A DNA stretch of 64,000 nucleotides, taken from positions 1,440,001 to 1,504,000 of the forward strand of contig OZ242383.1 of NCBI GenBank assembly GCA_965209155.1, written 5' to 3'. Under the pieces are notes generated by a model, which saw only the letters and a list, made by a program, of their open reading frames with translations, had not been told where the DNA came from and did not search any database. This DNA comes from a bacterium (lineage in GTDB: Bacteria; SAR324; NAC60-12). A program made the position numbers and the translations under genes. Position 1 is the stretch's first letter; each line of letters starts with the position of its first letter. This document shows, in pieces, positions 61,825 to 64,000 of the stretch.

Positions 61825-62895
61825 ATGGAATTCAGTATGGAAAAACTGATAACCATCAGTCAAGCAGCAGAGAAGATAGGCGTGAGCCCCGAAACTTTGC
61901 GCCGCTGGGATAAAACTGGAAAATTCAAATCCCAACGCCATCCTATTAACAATTACAGGGTATATACACCGGACCAGGTGAGCCAGTTTATTCAGGAAAT
62001 CGAATCGGATTACACTCAACCTTACTTGTTTTCAAATCCTGCCGCCCCATACTATGAAACGGAATCGGGTAAACTCTACAATATTGATGCCATTCAATTT
62101 TTGAAAAACCTGGACACGGGTTCCGCCCAGTTGGTATTTGCCGATCCTCCTTATAATATAAAAAAAGCAGAGTGGGATTCATTTCAATCACAAAAAGACT
62201 ATGTTGATTGGAGCGTGGAATGGATTCAAGAAGCCCACAGGGTTCTGAAATCTGATGGAAGTTTATATATCTGCGGGTTCTCTGAAATATTAGCGGATCT
62301 CAAATGGGCGGCGAGCCCCTTTTTCAAAGGTTGCAAATGGCTCGTCTGGTATTATCGGAACAAGGCAAATCTGACCAATGACTGGGGGCGTTCCCATGAA
62401 AGCTTACTTCATTTCAGAAAAAGTAAAAAATTCACTTTCAACGTTGATCAAGTGAGAGTGCCCTACAATGCCCATACTTTGAAATACCCCAGCCATCCTC
62501 AAGCTGAAACTTCTCAATACAGTCATCGAAAGCAATACAGTTGGTCACCTCATCCCAAAGGCGCCAAACCCAAGGATGTCTTTGAAATTCCAACTTTGAC
62601 CAATAGTTCATGGGAAAGAGAAAAACACCCGACTCAAAAACCTGTTGAACTGATTAAAAAATGTGTGCTGGCCTCTTCAGATTCCAACAATTTGGTGATT
62701 GATCCATTTGGAGGGTCCGGAACTACATTTGCGGTTGCTGAAGCCTTTCAAAGAAAATGGTCAGGAAGCGAATCAAATCTCAGCTATTGTGAAATTATCA
62801 AAAAACGACTGTCTGATAAAGATCACCTGGTAAGAATTGCTCATGGAAAAGACGATGATATGGCCATTGCGCGTCGTATGAAGCTAAGGGGATAG
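61825..62895 (+). CDS. N6/N4 DNA methyltransferase (beta class) with N-terminal MerR-like HTH
   Basis: ISQAAEKIGVSPETLRRWD...YRVY; FADPPYN, HPTQKP, DPFGGSGTT. Confidence 0.92.
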   Translation: MEFSMEKLITISQAAEKIGVSPETLRRWDKTGKFKSQRHPINNYRVYTPDQVSQFIQEIESDYTQPYLFSNPAAPYYETESGKLYNIDAIQFLKNLDTGSAQLVFADPPYNIKKAEWDSFQSQKDYVDWSVEWIQEAHRVLKSDGSLYICGFSEILADLKWAASPFFKGCKWLVWYYRNKANLTNDWGRSHESLLHFRKSKKFTFNVDQVRVPYNAHTLKYPSHPQAETSQYSHRKQYSWSPHPKGAKPKDVFEIPTLTNSSWEREKHPTQKPVELIKKCVLASSDSNNLVIDPFGGSGTTFAVAEAFQRKWSGSESNLSYCEIIKKRLSDKDHLVRIAHGKDDDMAIARRMKLRG

Positions 62896-63774
62896 CAATT
62901 TCCAGATATTATCTAAAATGAATTTTGAAAATGGGTGTATGTACTGATTGTAGGGAGGTTCCATCGTTTTGGGAGGAGGATCGATGAAATAGACCCCCTC
63001 GAGTTCAGTTAAAAACCGGGTATAAACCATGAATAATCCGGAAACGAAGGTGTAACTGATGTTTTCCTGTTCTTTCCTTTGGATATCATTGAGGAAAATT
63101 CCAACTACCTTTACCGAATGATTAGCAAATTTTTGTATTAGCATTTTGTCTAAAAAAATTTTTCCCAATCGGTCTTTTGATGAAGTTTTCAACGATACGA
63201 CAATCTCTTGTTCACGAATTTCTTTTGAATTGGATTTCACTTCATCAAACGGAGAAAAAACCATATCCGTCTCACAAGAATAAGTCTTTTCCCCCTCGCC
63301 TGTAGGGTATGGAATTTTAAATACAACTTTTTTGTTAGGAACTCCCAAACTGGATATAATCAACCGAATTAGTTCTTCAAAGCGGTTTCCGACATGTTTA
63401 CGAGCACTATTCGGATTTCCCAGAAAATCCAATCCCACGCCGATTGATTGCTGGATTGAATACACCACCTTATCCATTGTTTCATATACATCTGCATCAA
63501 ATCCGTGATTGCGATTACTGGCTTCTTCCAGAATCTCCAGAAATTTTTGAAATCGGTCTTTAAATTCCTCTACATGGAAAATAAACAGACGGTTGTTGAT
63601 AGGTCGGGCATATTTTATGGTTCCTGCAATTACGGAGGACAAGATCACGTACCCTTTGACTTCTTTTCTAACCGAAACCACATCAGGCAAGTAATCCAAT
63701 ACCCTCCTGGTAACTTCAGCAAAATCACTGAGATTGTCTTTTGGAGTCTGTAAATCCTCAATCAATGAATTCAT
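62884..63774 (-). CDS. Putative type II restriction endonuclease
   Basis: Convergent and overlapping with the MTase; GNRFEELI...ETDMV...VSLKTSSKDR, a PD-(D/E)xK-like pattern. Confidence 0.65.
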   Translation of the reverse strand: MNSLIEDLQTPKDNLSDFAEVTRRVLDYLPDVVSVRKEVKGYVILSSVIAGTIKYARPINNRLFIFHVEEFKDRFQKFLEILEEASNRNHGFDADVYETMDKVVYSIQQSIGVGLDFLGNPNSARKHVGNRFEELIRLIISSLGVPNKKVVFKIPYPTGEGEKTYSCETDMVFSPFDEVKSNSKEIREQEIVVSLKTSSKDRLGKIFLDKMLIQKFANHSVKVVGIFLNDIQRKEQENISYTFVSGLFMVYTRFLTELEGVYFIDPPPKTMEPPYNQYIHPFSKFILDNIWKLLSP

Positions 63775-64000
63775 GGTTATTTTGCTTCTCAGAGATTCAG
63801 AATATCGTCAGGATGCCTTTTTGCGTCCTTTTACATCACAACGAAGAGAGGTCATATAAAAAAAGTAAGTGAGGCAAAGCAAAGAAGCAACGCGAAAGAA
63901 AGAAGCGAATCGTATCGATCTCTGGTCAAGGGAGAAATTAAGTTTTCCACCAGTTTTTTATTCATCCAGCAACTCATTCCTTTGGGATTGCTTCGCCTGT

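Noticed and set aside
63775..64000. Possible gene end at the right edge
   Set aside because: Too little sequence to support a call.

Overview
Bacterial chromosomal window, probably from a deltaproteobacterium-like organism (inference from the split atpIBE operon and protein style). It looks origin-proximal (dnaN-recF, mnmE, and a candidate oriC with DnaA-trios but no adjacent dnaA). Housekeeping blocks (dnaN/recF/sua5/trmL/ddl/atp; icd/xerD-like/gshA/cob/hemW; nrdJ/mnmE/mutY/tRNA-Asn) alternate with accessory patches (~1-11.8 kb, ~18.8-27.7 kb, ~40.4-50.5 kb, ~57.6-64 kb) full of IS elements, MITEs, toxin-antitoxin and restriction-modification genes, and deletion-fused gene fragments. Two observations stand out. 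(1) A >1093-aa minus-strand ORF missing from the ORF track fuses an integrase arm-type DNA-binding domain to a pseudokinase/AAA-ATPase protein, and phased direct repeats lie upstream of it. (2) A 3.7-kb IS21 element with exact ends and a 5-bp TSD carries two extra genes (Zn-finger and HTH) plus a 4-copy 20-bp repeat array with an IHF site. Also notable: a catalytically degenerate XerD-like protein, an orphan brnTA cassette with an attC site, a DUF559-RecQ operon and a PIN-domain gene pair. All family calls are by motif recognition only; no searches were run.
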